Virus record (IMG/VR): IMGVR_UViG_3300032319_001025
Coordinates: 32,001 to 96,000 of that record
Reading direction: 5' to 3' (one strand)
Length of the DNA stretch: 64,000 bases
From: a virus
Lineage: Duplodnaviria > Caudoviricetes
Made by a program: the position numbers and the translations under genes. The notes under the pieces were generated by a model. It saw only the letters and a list, made by a program, of their open reading frames with translations. It was not told where the DNA came from and searched no databases. Position 1 is the first letter of the stretch. Every line of letters starts with the position of its first letter. This document shows, piece after piece, positions 19,053 through 27,351 of this stretch.

Positions 19053-20480
19053 ATGAAAAAAAGTAAAAAATCAATTTTAATTTCTCAAAAAAAAACTTGG
19101 CCAGCTGAAAAAACTCTTCAAAAGATCCAAGAAAAATACCCTGAAATTATCTCAATAGATAAATCTACTTACATTAATACAAAATTTAAAGCTCTTTTTA
19201 CAGATAAAGATTTTGGCGATTTTTGGGCAACCCCTAACAGACTTTTAAAAGGTGGTAAACATCCGAGCAGGTCTTATAAAAATATGCAAATTTCTTTAGA
19301 AGAAATTAAAAAAAGACTTCCACCAGAAGTGACAATAATTGAAAATACATATTTAGGCACTAAAAAAGTAGCTACTTTTATAGATAAAGATTATGGAGAG
19401 TTTACAAAAATAGTTGAATATGTTTTAGTATCTAGATATCCTCACCCCAAAAGATTATCAGACAAAAAAAAGAAGCACAAACTAATTCATCCAGATGAAA
19501 TTCAATCCAGATTGGATTCCATGGGAGCAGGTATAAAAATCAAAAAAGAAACCTATACTAAAATGCATTCACGTGCCATTTTTATTGACCCTAAGTTTGG
19601 TGAATGGGAAGCATTACCTTACAATGTTATTTTCAATCAAACTCGTCACCCAAAACATAAAAATAATCCTTTAATAGAGCAAAAGATATGCGATTTTTTA
19701 AAATTAAAAAATATAAATTTTAAGAGGAACCAAAAAATAATAAAAAAAGATGGTTATCCATTAGAAATAGATGTTTACCTGCCAGACTACAATATTGGAA
19801 TAGAAACAAACGGTCTGTATTGGCATTGTGAATTAAAAAAAGGTAAATATTTTCATAAAGAAAAACATGAACTAGCAGAATCTCAAGGTATCAAGCTAAT
19901 ATCTTTTTTTGAAGATGAAATTAATTTTAAATTTGATTTAATCTGTTCAATTTTATCTAGTAAGCTCAATATAATTGAAAACAAAATTAATGCTAGAAAT
20001 TGTGAAATTGTTAAAGTTAACTTTAAGGAAGCTAAAGTTTTTTGCAACGAAAATCATTTAATGGGGTTTAGAAGTTCTTTTTTAAATATCGGCCTTAAAA
20101 AAGACGGTAAACTAGTACAATTAATCACTTTTGGAAAAAACAAAAAATATGGCGTTGAATTAGTAAGATTTTGCACTGTAAAAAATTCATCTGTTGTGGG
20201 TGGGTTTTCTAAATTAATAAAATATGCCCAAATTAAACTTAAAGAGCTAGGATACAATTCAATTATGTCTTATGCAGATAAAAGAATAAGCAATGGTCAG
20301 GTTTATATAAAAAATGACTTTAAATTGGACGGTATTACTCCGCCAGATATGTTTTGGACAGATAAAGAGGTTAGGCTATCAAGAAGGGCATCCTGGGGCA
20401 AAAAAGACGATCAAATGAGGCTGGAGGGTTACCATAAGATATTTGGCCCTGGTCATTATAGATTTATTAAATATATTTAG
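19053..20480 (+). CDS. Hef-like free-standing homing endonuclease (repeated DNA-binding units + Vsr/DUF559-like nuclease + Mom/GNAT-like C-terminus)
   Basis: Three N-terminal repeats TY.....A.F.D...G.(F/W)...P...HP; LEIDVYLPDYNIGIETNGLYWH; ELVRFC...VVGGFSKL...SYADKRIS. Confidence 0.75.
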   Translation: MKKSKKSILISQKKTWPAEKTLQKIQEKYPEIISIDKSTYINTKFKALFTDKDFGDFWATPNRLLKGGKHPSRSYKNMQISLEEIKKRLPPEVTIIENTYLGTKKVATFIDKDYGEFTKIVEYVLVSRYPHPKRLSDKKKKHKLIHPDEIQSRLDSMGAGIKIKKETYTKMHSRAIFIDPKFGEWEALPYNVIFNQTRHPKHKNNPLIEQKICDFLKLKNINFKRNQKIIKKDGYPLEIDVYLPDYNIGIETNGLYWHCELKKGKYFHKEKHELAESQGIKLISFFEDEINFKFDLICSILSSKLNIIENKINARNCEIVKVNFKEAKVFCNENHLMGFRSSFLNIGLKKDGKLVQLITFGKNKKYGVELVRFCTVKNSSVVGGFSKLIKYAQIKLKELGYNSIMSYADKRISNGQVYIKNDFKLDGITPPDMFWTDKEVRLSRRASWGKKDDQMRLEGYHKIFGPGHYRFIKYI

Positions 20481-20483
20481 TAC

Positions 20484-20512
20484 TTGCCTTAAAAATACCA
20501 TACCTGTATAAT
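20484..20512 (+). promoter_or_regulatory. Sigma70-like promoter
   Basis: TTGCCT-17 nt-TATAAT. Confidence 0.6.
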
Positions 20513-20518
20513 TACATA

Positions 20519-20620
20519 ATGAACAGCGACAAGTTAGAATCATTAATTTGGCTTTTAGTGGTTTTATTTATAGGCTTATATTTAAGCGTAGATAAACTAA
20601 TGAAAGTCTTTAATTTTTAG
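20519..20620 (+). CDS. Small membrane peptide (33 aa, not in the ORF track)
   Basis: MNSDKLESLIWLLVVLFIGLYLSVDKLMKVFNF, 6 nt downstream of the promoter -10 box. Confidence 0.45.
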   Translation: MNSDKLESLIWLLVVLFIGLYLSVDKLMKVFNF

Positions 20621-20630
20621 AGAAACAAAA

Positions 20631-20831
20631 ATGTGTATTATTTGTCTCGAATATAAAAAAGGTCTTTTAAACAAAGAAGAAGCGAAACGCAACGTTGGAG
20701 AACTCATAGACGCTACCCTAGAAGATATTGTATCCAAAAGAGAAGATAGAATGAGTGAAGAAGAGTTTCATCATTTGCTTGAATTAGCTGATGAACTTAT
20801 GGGAAGAGACCCAAATTCGGACATGGATTAA
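20631..20831 (+). CDS. Small hypothetical protein (MCIIC start)
   Basis: 66-aa ORF with an N-terminal CxxC. Confidence 0.6.
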   Translation: MCIICLEYKKGLLNKEEAKRNVGELIDATLEDIVSKREDRMSEEEFHHLLELADELMGRDPNSDMD

Positions 20832-21305
20832 ATGAATAAATTTTTTGTATTAATCTTATTAATAACATCTGGATGCTCTAGCCTTGTCAGAAGCGGACCA
20901 GCTACTATTAATTTTAATAGCTCTGTAGATGGTTTATTGGAACCTCAAATTACAGATTTTATATTAGAATTAAACAGTAATCTAAATAAAGATGCTTTTA
21001 GATTTGGTAGAACTATTTCTGGAAGAAAAATTATAATAAGCTATACGGATAAGCAAAATGGAAGAATAGCGGGTTTTGCTAGATCATCTGCACCATACTG
21101 CGAAGTTACTATTTATCCAACGGCTATAAAAAGCGATATACTTAAAACAACTGTATGGCATGAGTTAGGTCATTGCGTTGGCTTACATCATAATGGAGTT
21201 AGCGGAGAAATAATGTCAGAAATTGCTTTACCGTTTAAAGTTTATAAAGAAGATAAAATAGATAGATTTTTAAAAGATTTTAACAAGGCTGTAGAAGACT
21301 TGTAG
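20832..21305 (+). CDS. Matrixin-family (M10-like) metalloprotease lipoprotein
   Basis: Signal peptide with lipobox TSGC; HELGHCVGLHH zinc motif; Met-turn (IMS). Confidence 0.85.
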   Translation: MNKFFVLILLITSGCSSLVRSGPATINFNSSVDGLLEPQITDFILELNSNLNKDAFRFGRTISGRKIIISYTDKQNGRIAGFARSSAPYCEVTIYPTAIKSDILKTTVWHELGHCVGLHHNGVSGEIMSEIALPFKVYKEDKIDRFLKDFNKAVEDL

Positions 21306-21359
21306 TAAATAGTTGCTATTTAGAATAAATAGCTGGTGAGCCGCCCCTAAAGGAATAAA

Positions 21360-21527
21360 ATGATGTTACGTTCAGCCATATTTTTAATATGTATGTCAGG
21401 TTTGTTAATGTCATTTAAAACCTGCTTTGCTTTTAAGCAGTGCAATACTGGAAGCTTATTGGTAATTTCTTTAGCTTATACAAGCCTTTTATATATATAC
21501 TTGCCTAAGAACGGTCGAAAAAAATAA
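21360..21527 (+). CDS. Small membrane protein (55 aa, not in the ORF track)
   Basis: AAGGAA RBS; MMLRSAIFLICMSGLLMSF..., two hydrophobic stretches. Confidence 0.45.
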   Translation: MMLRSAIFLICMSGLLMSFKTCFAFKQCNTGSLLVISLAYTSLLYIYLPKNGRKK

Positions 21528-21529
21528 TA

Positions 21530-21904
21530 TTAGTTTTGAAGAAGTTCTTTTAAAACAGAAGCCCTGTTCTTTTTATCTAGAGTTTTGATAAACAAATTAA
21601 TAGTTTCATTTAGTTTGGGGATTTTATTGCTAGTTTGAGCTAATCTAATTAACATCTCTGTTTTTGTTGGCATATCTGTCGTTTTTAAATATGACCTTAA
21701 ATCATCTTGAGCTTCTAATTTGCACCCATGTTTATCAGCAAATAAAATAAACAATTCATTTTTATCTTTTTTGCTAACTGAAGATAGGTTTTCTTCTAAA
21801 ATAACTTTGTCATTTTCATAGTTATTATCAGATTGTACGCAATAAGAAAATGTTTTTGCGGAAATTAATAAAGGTAATATTAATGTTAAAAGTTTTTTAT
21901 TCAT
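21530..21904 (-). CDS. Secreted hypothetical protein
   Basis: Signal peptide MNKKLLTLILPLLISAKTFS. Confidence 0.6.
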   Translation of the reverse strand: MNKKLLTLILPLLISAKTFSYCVQSDNNYENDKVILEENLSSVSKKDKNELFILFADKHGCKLEAQDDLRSYLKTTDMPTKTEMLIRLAQTSNKIPKLNETINLFIKTLDKKNRASVLKELLQN

Positions 21905-21912
21905 AATTTGCC

Positions 21913-22218
21913 CTAGTCATTAACTATAGAATAGCCATATAATTTTTTAGCATACTCTAATTCTTTATTAAATTCCATAGAAACTTTAAATAGCCTACCT
22001 TTAGGGCATCTGTCAAAGTAATCCATATTTCCTATAAAAGCAGATCCAGTTGCATCGTTTTCATCTTTGAATTTTAAATGTACTGGCCTATCTAAAGGTG
22101 ATAGCTTCTCTTTGATCTGATCAAGAGAAAACCATCCGTCTTTGCACTCACATGAATATGATACAGACACAAATAATACCTCTTCTTTCATTTCTTTTCC
22201 GCAATCAGTACATTTCAT
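21913..22218 (-). CDS. Zn-ribbon protein, paralog of 58837..59106
   Basis: MKCxxC...LFxSVxYxC...DGWxS...KEK..PLD is shared by both. Confidence 0.65.
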   Translation of the reverse strand: MKCTDCGKEMKEEVLFVSVSYSCECKDGWFSLDQIKEKLSPLDRPVHLKFKDENDATGSAFIGNMDYFDRCPKGRLFKVSMEFNKELEYAKKLYGYSIVND

Positions 22219-22222
22219 ATTA

Positions 22223-22429
22223 TTATGTATTTTTAACTATAATTAAATCGTTTTCTTTGCCTACAATTTCAGGCATATACACAAAACAAAGCTCGTCAAA
22301 ATGCTGCTTACACATTAAAAGGTGCCCTGAATTTTTTTTTGGATACCATTTATGAGTTATTTTTTCCTTACACTCTTTTCGGTAGCATTTTAAACTAACT
22401 TTATTTTTTGGTTTTTCTTTTAAACTCAT
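22223..22429 (-). CDS. Small Cys/His zinc-finger-like protein
   Basis: CYRKEC...CKQH. Confidence 0.5.
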   Translation of the reverse strand: MSLKEKPKNKVSLKCYRKECKEKITHKWYPKKNSGHLLMCKQHFDELCFVYMPEIVGKENDLIIVKNT

Positions 22430-22587
22430 AATAGCATCTTTTTGTTATCCAAATAAAACCAATATTAAAAAGTATTAAAATCTTACATCCACAGAAACAA
22501 CTGATAAACTTATAATGTAAAAAATAAACTTCATCTAAATTGGGAAATTCCCATATTCGTTTTATATGTAATCTCCCAATCCACATT

Positions 22588-22764
22588 TTACTTAACTTTT
22601 TTACTTTTTTTAACTTTAACTTTTTTAATATATTTACTCGCAACAGATTTCATTACTATTTCAATCCAATCATTAGGGGCTTCTTGATAAAGATCTCCTA
22701 GTGCAAGTTTAAATCTTTCAATCGCATACTTTCTTCTGTAAAGTTCGCTCATTCCATCTGACAT
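22588..22764 (-). CDS. Small basic hypothetical protein (58 aa, not in the ORF track)
   Basis: AAGGAG RBS; MSDGMSELYRRKYAIERFKLAL...; lies downstream of a sigma70-like promoter. Confidence 0.55.
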   Translation of the reverse strand: MSDGMSELYRRKYAIERFKLALGDLYQEAPNDWIEIVMKSVASKYIKKVKVKKSKKVK

Positions 22765-22815
22765 CGTTTTCTCCTTAAATTATTGAATTTATTGGTGGCT
22801 TAAACTTATAAAATC

Positions 22816-22845
22816 ATTATCTCACACGCATGCAATTTTAGTCAA
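22816..22845 (-). promoter_or_regulatory. Sigma70-like promoter
   Basis: TTGACT-18 nt-GATAAT with an extended TG. Confidence 0.5.
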
Positions 22846-22882
22846 TCTGGTTTTTAAATTTTCTATGTTAATCTTATAATCT

Positions 22883-23716
22883 ATGGCTGATGATTTTTAC
22901 AAAGCTAGAACTGCCGAAGAATGCTTTAAAGTTTTAGGAATTAAACCTACCCAGGATTTAAAAGAAATTAAAAAAGCTTATAGAGAGCTTGCTAAAAAAT
23001 ATCACCCAGATGTTAATCCTACAGAAAAAAACAAGTTTTACGAAGTTCACTGGGCATACGAAATGCTTACTAATTTTGATTTTAAGCAAAAACAAATCAG
23101 AGATTTTACAAACCTTAATGTAAACATATACTTCACTATAACTTTTGAAGAGGGTTTTTTCGGAAAAGAACTAGCTCTTAACATGAATCCTAGCATGATG
23201 AAATTAGATAAATCGGATGGAACTAGTGAAATTTTAATTGAAAAATTCAATTTTACAGTAGATCCAGGCACATCTGGCAACAAAACTTACACTTTTAAAG
23301 GTAAGGGTATTAAAAAAGGTAGTGATATTGGTAGTTTATTTATTAATTTAGCAGTTAACCCACATCCTAACTACAGAATAGAGGGACCAGATGTTTATTC
23401 TGTAGCTAAAGTACCCCTAATAAAAATGATTAAAGGGGGCAAGGAAGAGGTTATGACCCTGTATGGCATAAGAACCATTAAAATACCCGCAGGAACTAAT
23501 CCTGGAGAGCTTATAGCGGTTAAAAAGTGTGGTGTATCTAAGGTCGGTAAACATTATTTTGAAATACAACCTGTTTTTCCAGGCAGAGAGGGTATGCAGT
23601 CTGACAACCAATGGAACGCATTAAATATTGACTGGAATTTAGACGCTGAATCAGAGGAAGACGCTGAACTTAATAGCTTAAAAAACATATTTGAAGATAG
23701 AAATAAACCTAAATAG
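22883..23716 (+). CDS. DnaJ / CbpA-like co-chaperone
   Basis: J domain (IKKAYRELAKKYHPD) plus DnaJ C-terminal domain; no zinc finger. Confidence 0.9.
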   Translation: MADDFYKARTAEECFKVLGIKPTQDLKEIKKAYRELAKKYHPDVNPTEKNKFYEVHWAYEMLTNFDFKQKQIRDFTNLNVNIYFTITFEEGFFGKELALNMNPSMMKLDKSDGTSEILIEKFNFTVDPGTSGNKTYTFKGKGIKKGSDIGSLFINLAVNPHPNYRIEGPDVYSVAKVPLIKMIKGGKEEVMTLYGIRTIKIPAGTNPGELIAVKKCGVSKVGKHYFEIQPVFPGREGMQSDNQWNALNIDWNLDAESEEDAELNSLKNIFEDRNKPK

Positions 23717-23742
23717 TTGTAATTATTATATTATTTAAATAA

Positions 23743-23751
23743 TCTTAATCT
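23743..23751 (+). promoter_or_regulatory. Candidate late promoter motif TCTTAATCT
   Basis: Upstream of 23768. Confidence 0.6.
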
Positions 23752-23767
23752 TTAATTAGAGATACAT

Positions 23768-24490
23768 ATGTCTAAATCATTGATAGAACAAGCAAAAGAA
23801 CTTTTAAAGCAACTAGAGCAAGACCCGTCTGCCTTGAATAAATTTGAAAAAGACGCTTATTTTCAAGAATTAAAAAAAGCTAAAATTTACGATTTTAAAA
23901 CCAAAAAAAAGATAGCTGAATTACCAACTAATTCAACTTCAAAAGAAGCGCAGCCGATTGTTCGAGAAGGCGAAAAAGGTATAACAAACAGAAAACATTT
24001 AAGAGAGAAATATTCTCCAGATATCATGCCAGAAAAACAAAATGTTCCAGGCGGAGAAGAAGTGACTAAAGCAGAAAAATCTAAAAAACCTTTTCACGGA
24101 TATAATCCTAAAAAACACGCTAAAACTGGCGGGCTAAACGATAAATACAGGAAGAAATTAAATAGAGAAACTGGATCAAAATTAAAAAGACCCAGCAAAG
24201 ATAAAAAAAATTCGAGACATAAATCTTTTTGCGCCAGAATGAAAGGCGTTAAAGGACCTACTTCTAAAGAAGGGAAGCTTACCCCTAAAGGAGCGGCGCT
24301 TAAACGCTGGAATTGCTCTAAAAATGAACACACTGACGAAAAAATGTGCAAAAAAGATAGATGCTGGAAAGGTTATGAACCAACACCAGGCAAAAAACCT
24401 TATGAAAAAGGTTCTTGTAGGCCGATTAAAAAATCGCATGAATATTATTACAATTTAGTTAAATCTGTTTTGGAAAAAAACTATAATTAG
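23768..24490 (+). CDS. Putative head-cargo polyprotein (basic SFCARM module + CWKGY module); termini paralogous to 13863..15845
   Basis: MSKSLIEQAKELLKQLE; GGLN...RHKSFCARMKG...ALKRWNC; CWKGYEPTPGKKPYEKGSC; YYYNLVKSVLEK. Confidence 0.55.
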   Translation: MSKSLIEQAKELLKQLEQDPSALNKFEKDAYFQELKKAKIYDFKTKKKIAELPTNSTSKEAQPIVREGEKGITNRKHLREKYSPDIMPEKQNVPGGEEVTKAEKSKKPFHGYNPKKHAKTGGLNDKYRKKLNRETGSKLKRPSKDKKNSRHKSFCARMKGVKGPTSKEGKLTPKGAALKRWNCSKNEHTDEKMCKKDRCWKGYEPTPGKKPYEKGSCRPIKKSHEYYYNLVKSVLEKNYN

Positions 24491-24634
24491 ATATACAATT
24501 ATGTCTAATTCAATATATAGAAGCCCTAAATATAGCTTGAAAGATTTTTTAAATGAAAACAAAACAGCATAGTTAACACTTAACTATTTAATTTTATTAA
24601 GTTTTTTAATAGTAAAAATAAGACGTTCAAACTG

Positions 24635-24643
24635 TCTTAATCT
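24635..24643 (+). promoter_or_regulatory. Candidate late promoter motif TCTTAATCT
   Basis: Upstream of the tail tube gene. Confidence 0.65.
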
Positions 24644-24671
24644 TGTATGTAATACTTTTTAGGAGAAGAAA

Positions 24672-25133
24672 ATGGCAAAAGCTAAAATAATGACTGGGGC
24701 GCGGGCCAAAGTTCTTATTAATAATCAAGAGGTTGGCCTATTCACTAATTGTACCTGGTCCATGACTCAAGGTAAAGTTCCAGCGTTTATTCTTGGAAGA
24801 TTTAGTCCAGTTGAAATTACTCCAATTGACCAAGATGCCGTTCGTTTAAGCCTTTCTGGATTTAGAGTTGTAGGCTCTGGTCCATACGCCGTAGCAAGCG
24901 CTACTCAGCTTAAAGATTTACTTAATGAAGAAGACTTTGCTGTAGCTATTGTTGATAGACAATCAGGCGAAAGAATTTTTACTGCAGTTGGTTGTAGGGT
25001 TCTTGGATGGTCTTCGGGGGTTTCTTCAAGAGGGATATCTGATGTTAGATTAGATATTATGGGCCTTAAGGGTGAGGACGAAACTAGCAGCAAAAACGGT
25101 GGCGATGACGAGCCAGGAGCAGCTAGCTTTTAA
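24672..25133 (+). CDS. Tail tube protein
   Basis: 153 aa; KIMTGARAKVLIN...ILGRFSPVEI...; AGGAG RBS; followed by a terminator. Confidence 0.8.
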   Translation: MAKAKIMTGARAKVLINNQEVGLFTNCTWSMTQGKVPAFILGRFSPVEITPIDQDAVRLSLSGFRVVGSGPYAVASATQLKDLLNEEDFAVAIVDRQSGERIFTAVGCRVLGWSSGVSSRGISDVRLDIMGLKGEDETSSKNGGDDEPGAASF

Positions 25134-25161
25134 TATTTAAAATTTTGCAGACCTCTTGCCG

Positions 25162-25204
25162 AACCCTTGGTAGAATAGATTATCCCTATTTAACCAGGGG
25201 TTTT
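25162..25204. terminator. Probable bidirectional terminator between convergent genes
   Basis: AACCCTTGGT...ACCAGGGGTT stem followed by Ts. Confidence 0.55.
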
Positions 25205-25210
25205 GTATTT

Positions 25211-25525
25211 TTACCAATCCAAAGATATGCTTATCAAGTTACTGGTAACAATACCAATTCCAGTAGAAATTAGATTGTTTTTAGAAGGTTTCTCACTTAA
25301 AAGTTCAGAAGTTATTGCTGGACCTAAAATTAAAACGTTGCTTACAAAAATTCTTCCATTAGTACCTAAACCTATTTCCGACAGCCCTCTAGACATTGCT
25401 TGAGATATGAAAATAGTTGTAGCTATTCTTAATTTTTGATTGTTTGTAAAAGAATATGGTTCATCAGCTTTTAAAGTGGTTGAACCAATGAAAAATGCAA
25501 TTAAAAATAATACAATTTTATTCAT
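25211..25525 (-). CDS. Secreted / membrane hypothetical protein
   Basis: Signal peptide and hydrophobic segments. Confidence 0.55.
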   Translation of the reverse strand: MNKIVLFLIAFFIGSTTLKADEPYSFTNNQKLRIATTIFISQAMSRGLSEIGLGTNGRIFVSNVLILGPAITSELLSEKPSKNNLISTGIGIVTSNLISISLDW

Positions 25526-25847
25526 CTTTTTTAACTTTATAAAAATTAATCACATTGTTTGGTTTTTCTGAATCTTCCCCGTCTTCATCATCCTCTGGTT
25601 CAAATTTCTCAGAACTTTCTTTAAGTTCGGTCATACCAGCTATGTTTACATATGGTATGTACATATTAAAAGAATTATAATTTCCGTTTTTGTCTTTAAA
25701 AAAAGTTTTTAAAAAATAAAAATTATCACCGATTTCAACGATTCTTGCCATTATTCCAGCAAAAGAAAGCTCGTAATCAACTGGACTAATAATGGGTGTA
25801 TAAAAAGTTATAAGGTGATATTTTTTTTCTCGCTTTTTTTGAGACAT
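25518..25847 (-). CDS. Hypothetical protein
   Basis: 109-aa ORF overlapping the next gene; acidic tail. Confidence 0.6.
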   Translation of the reverse strand: MSQKKREKKYHLITFYTPIISPVDYELSFAGIMARIVEIGDNFYFLKTFFKDKNGNYNSFNMYIPYVNIAGMTELKESSEKFEPEDDEDGEDSEKPNNVINFYKVKKDE

Positions 25848-25859
25848 ATAGGGCCTTTC

Positions 25860-25904
25860 GACTTAAGGTGCCAGGATATAAATCCTATGTTGGCACCTTA
25901 AGTC
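25860..25904. repeat. Perfect 14-bp inverted repeat with a 17-nt loop
   Basis: GACTTAAGGTGCCA (25860-25873) and TGGCACCTTAAGTC (25891-25904). Confidence 0.9.
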
Positions 25905-25910
25905 TTTGGT

Positions 25911-26150
25911 TTAAGCTTTTAAAAAATAAACTAAACCGTGAATTGCTAAAGTCATTATCGCCAAATCTGCTACGACAGAAACGATAAAAAACATACTGTA
26001 CATAGTTTTTTTAAAAGTTCCTTTGGTTTTAATTAAAAATTTAAAAAGTTCAACAGATTTTGGAACTACGGCAAAAAAATACATTACTAACAATATTCCA
26101 GTGACCGCAACAAGTTGATGTTGAGCTATTATATCTGATAATGATTTCAT
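25911..26150 (-). CDS. Small two-TM membrane protein
   Basis: Two hydrophobic helices; GGAG RBS; upstream TTGTTT-17-TAAAAT promoter (26168-26196). Confidence 0.6.
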   Translation of the reverse strand: MKSLSDIIAQHQLVAVTGILLVMYFFAVVPKSVELFKFLIKTKGTFKKTMYSMFFIVSVVADLAIMTLAIHGLVYFLKA

Positions 26151-26197
26151 ATTTGCTCCATTGTTCTATTTTACCAGTACAAATAAAATAAAACAAT

Positions 26198-27349
26198 TTA
26201 TATTTTTAATTTTATTATCTTTTCCCATGGAAAATTTTTTGGCACAAACGGTCCCCATGCAGCCGCAGATTTATAAGTCCACTCCCTGTTGGGGTTTGTC
26301 ATATCAAATTTTTTAATAATTTCTGATGGTTTTAATGGAAAATTAGCTTTAATAACATTAATTAAATTAACGTTATTGTTTTTTTGTGTTCCAAATGTAT
26401 CTACTGATATAGATACAGGCTCTTCGTAACCCATAATATATGAATATTGAATCAAAGCTTTACTACAAAGACCGTTTGCCACTAAATTTTTTGCCGCATA
26501 TCTGGCAGCATATGCACCTGTTCTATCTAGTTTTGTAGCATCTTTTCCAGAAAATGCACCGCCGCCATGAGAACCGTGTCCACCGTAGGTGTCCGAAATT
26601 ATTTTTCTACCAGTCACGCCGCAGTCAGCTTCAGGTCCACCAAGACAAAATATGCCATCGGGTGGATTTACTGTAATAATAGTGTTTTTATTAAGTTTAA
26701 ATTCTTTAACAAAAACTTCTGGAAATATTTTTTTGTGAAGAAAATTTAACAATTTTTCTGGATTTTGTGATAAATCCCATATTGAAACGGACACATGCTC
26801 TATACCCGCGTAATTGCCGTCATTGTCGTATTTTATTGTAACTTGAGTTTTTCCGTCGGGCATTAAATTTTTTAATTCTTTCCAGTAAACAGAATAATAA
26901 AGCCTATTTGAAAGTTCTTTTGCAAGCATGTGAGATGCGGGAACAAAAAAAGATGTTTCGTCGGTTGCATAACCAAAAACCGTTCCTTGGTCACCTGCTT
27001 TAATAGATTCCTGGTCATTTCCAACACTTTTATTAATTTGTTCTGATTGATTATTAATTATTTTAATTATGTTTAAATTATTAGGTTTAAAACTTGTTGG
27101 ATTAGAGTTGTCGTATCCAATATCATAAATGGTATCTTTAACAATTTCTTCCAAGTTTAATTCATCTAAAGATACTCCAGATATTTCTCCTGCCAGTACA
27201 ACGTTATTATTTTTAACTAAAGTTTCTACTGCGACTCTAGCATTTTTATTAAAAATTAAACATTTATCTAATATTGCATCAGATATTTGATCCGCAATTT
27301 TATCTGGATGACCTGGTAAAACACTTTCTGATGTAAAATACTTGCTCAT
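26198..27349 (-). CDS. metK: S-adenosylmethionine synthetase
   Basis: FTSESV..GHPDK; AGDQG; DGKTQV; GVTGRKI; GGGAFSGKDATKLDR. Confidence 0.97.
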   Translation of the reverse strand: MSKYFTSESVLPGHPDKIADQISDAILDKCLIFNKNARVAVETLVKNNNVVLAGEISGVSLDELNLEEIVKDTIYDIGYDNSNPTSFKPNNLNIIKIINNQSEQINKSVGNDQESIKAGDQGTVFGYATDETSFFVPASHMLAKELSNRLYYSVYWKELKNLMPDGKTQVTIKYDNDGNYAGIEHVSVSIWDLSQNPEKLLNFLHKKIFPEVFVKEFKLNKNTIITVNPPDGIFCLGGPEADCGVTGRKIISDTYGGHGSHGGGAFSGKDATKLDRTGAYAARYAAKNLVANGLCSKALIQYSYIMGYEEPVSISVDTFGTQKNNNVNLINVIKANFPLKPSEIIKKFDMTNPNREWTYKSAAAWGPFVPKNFPWEKIIKLKI

Positions 27350-27351
27350 TT

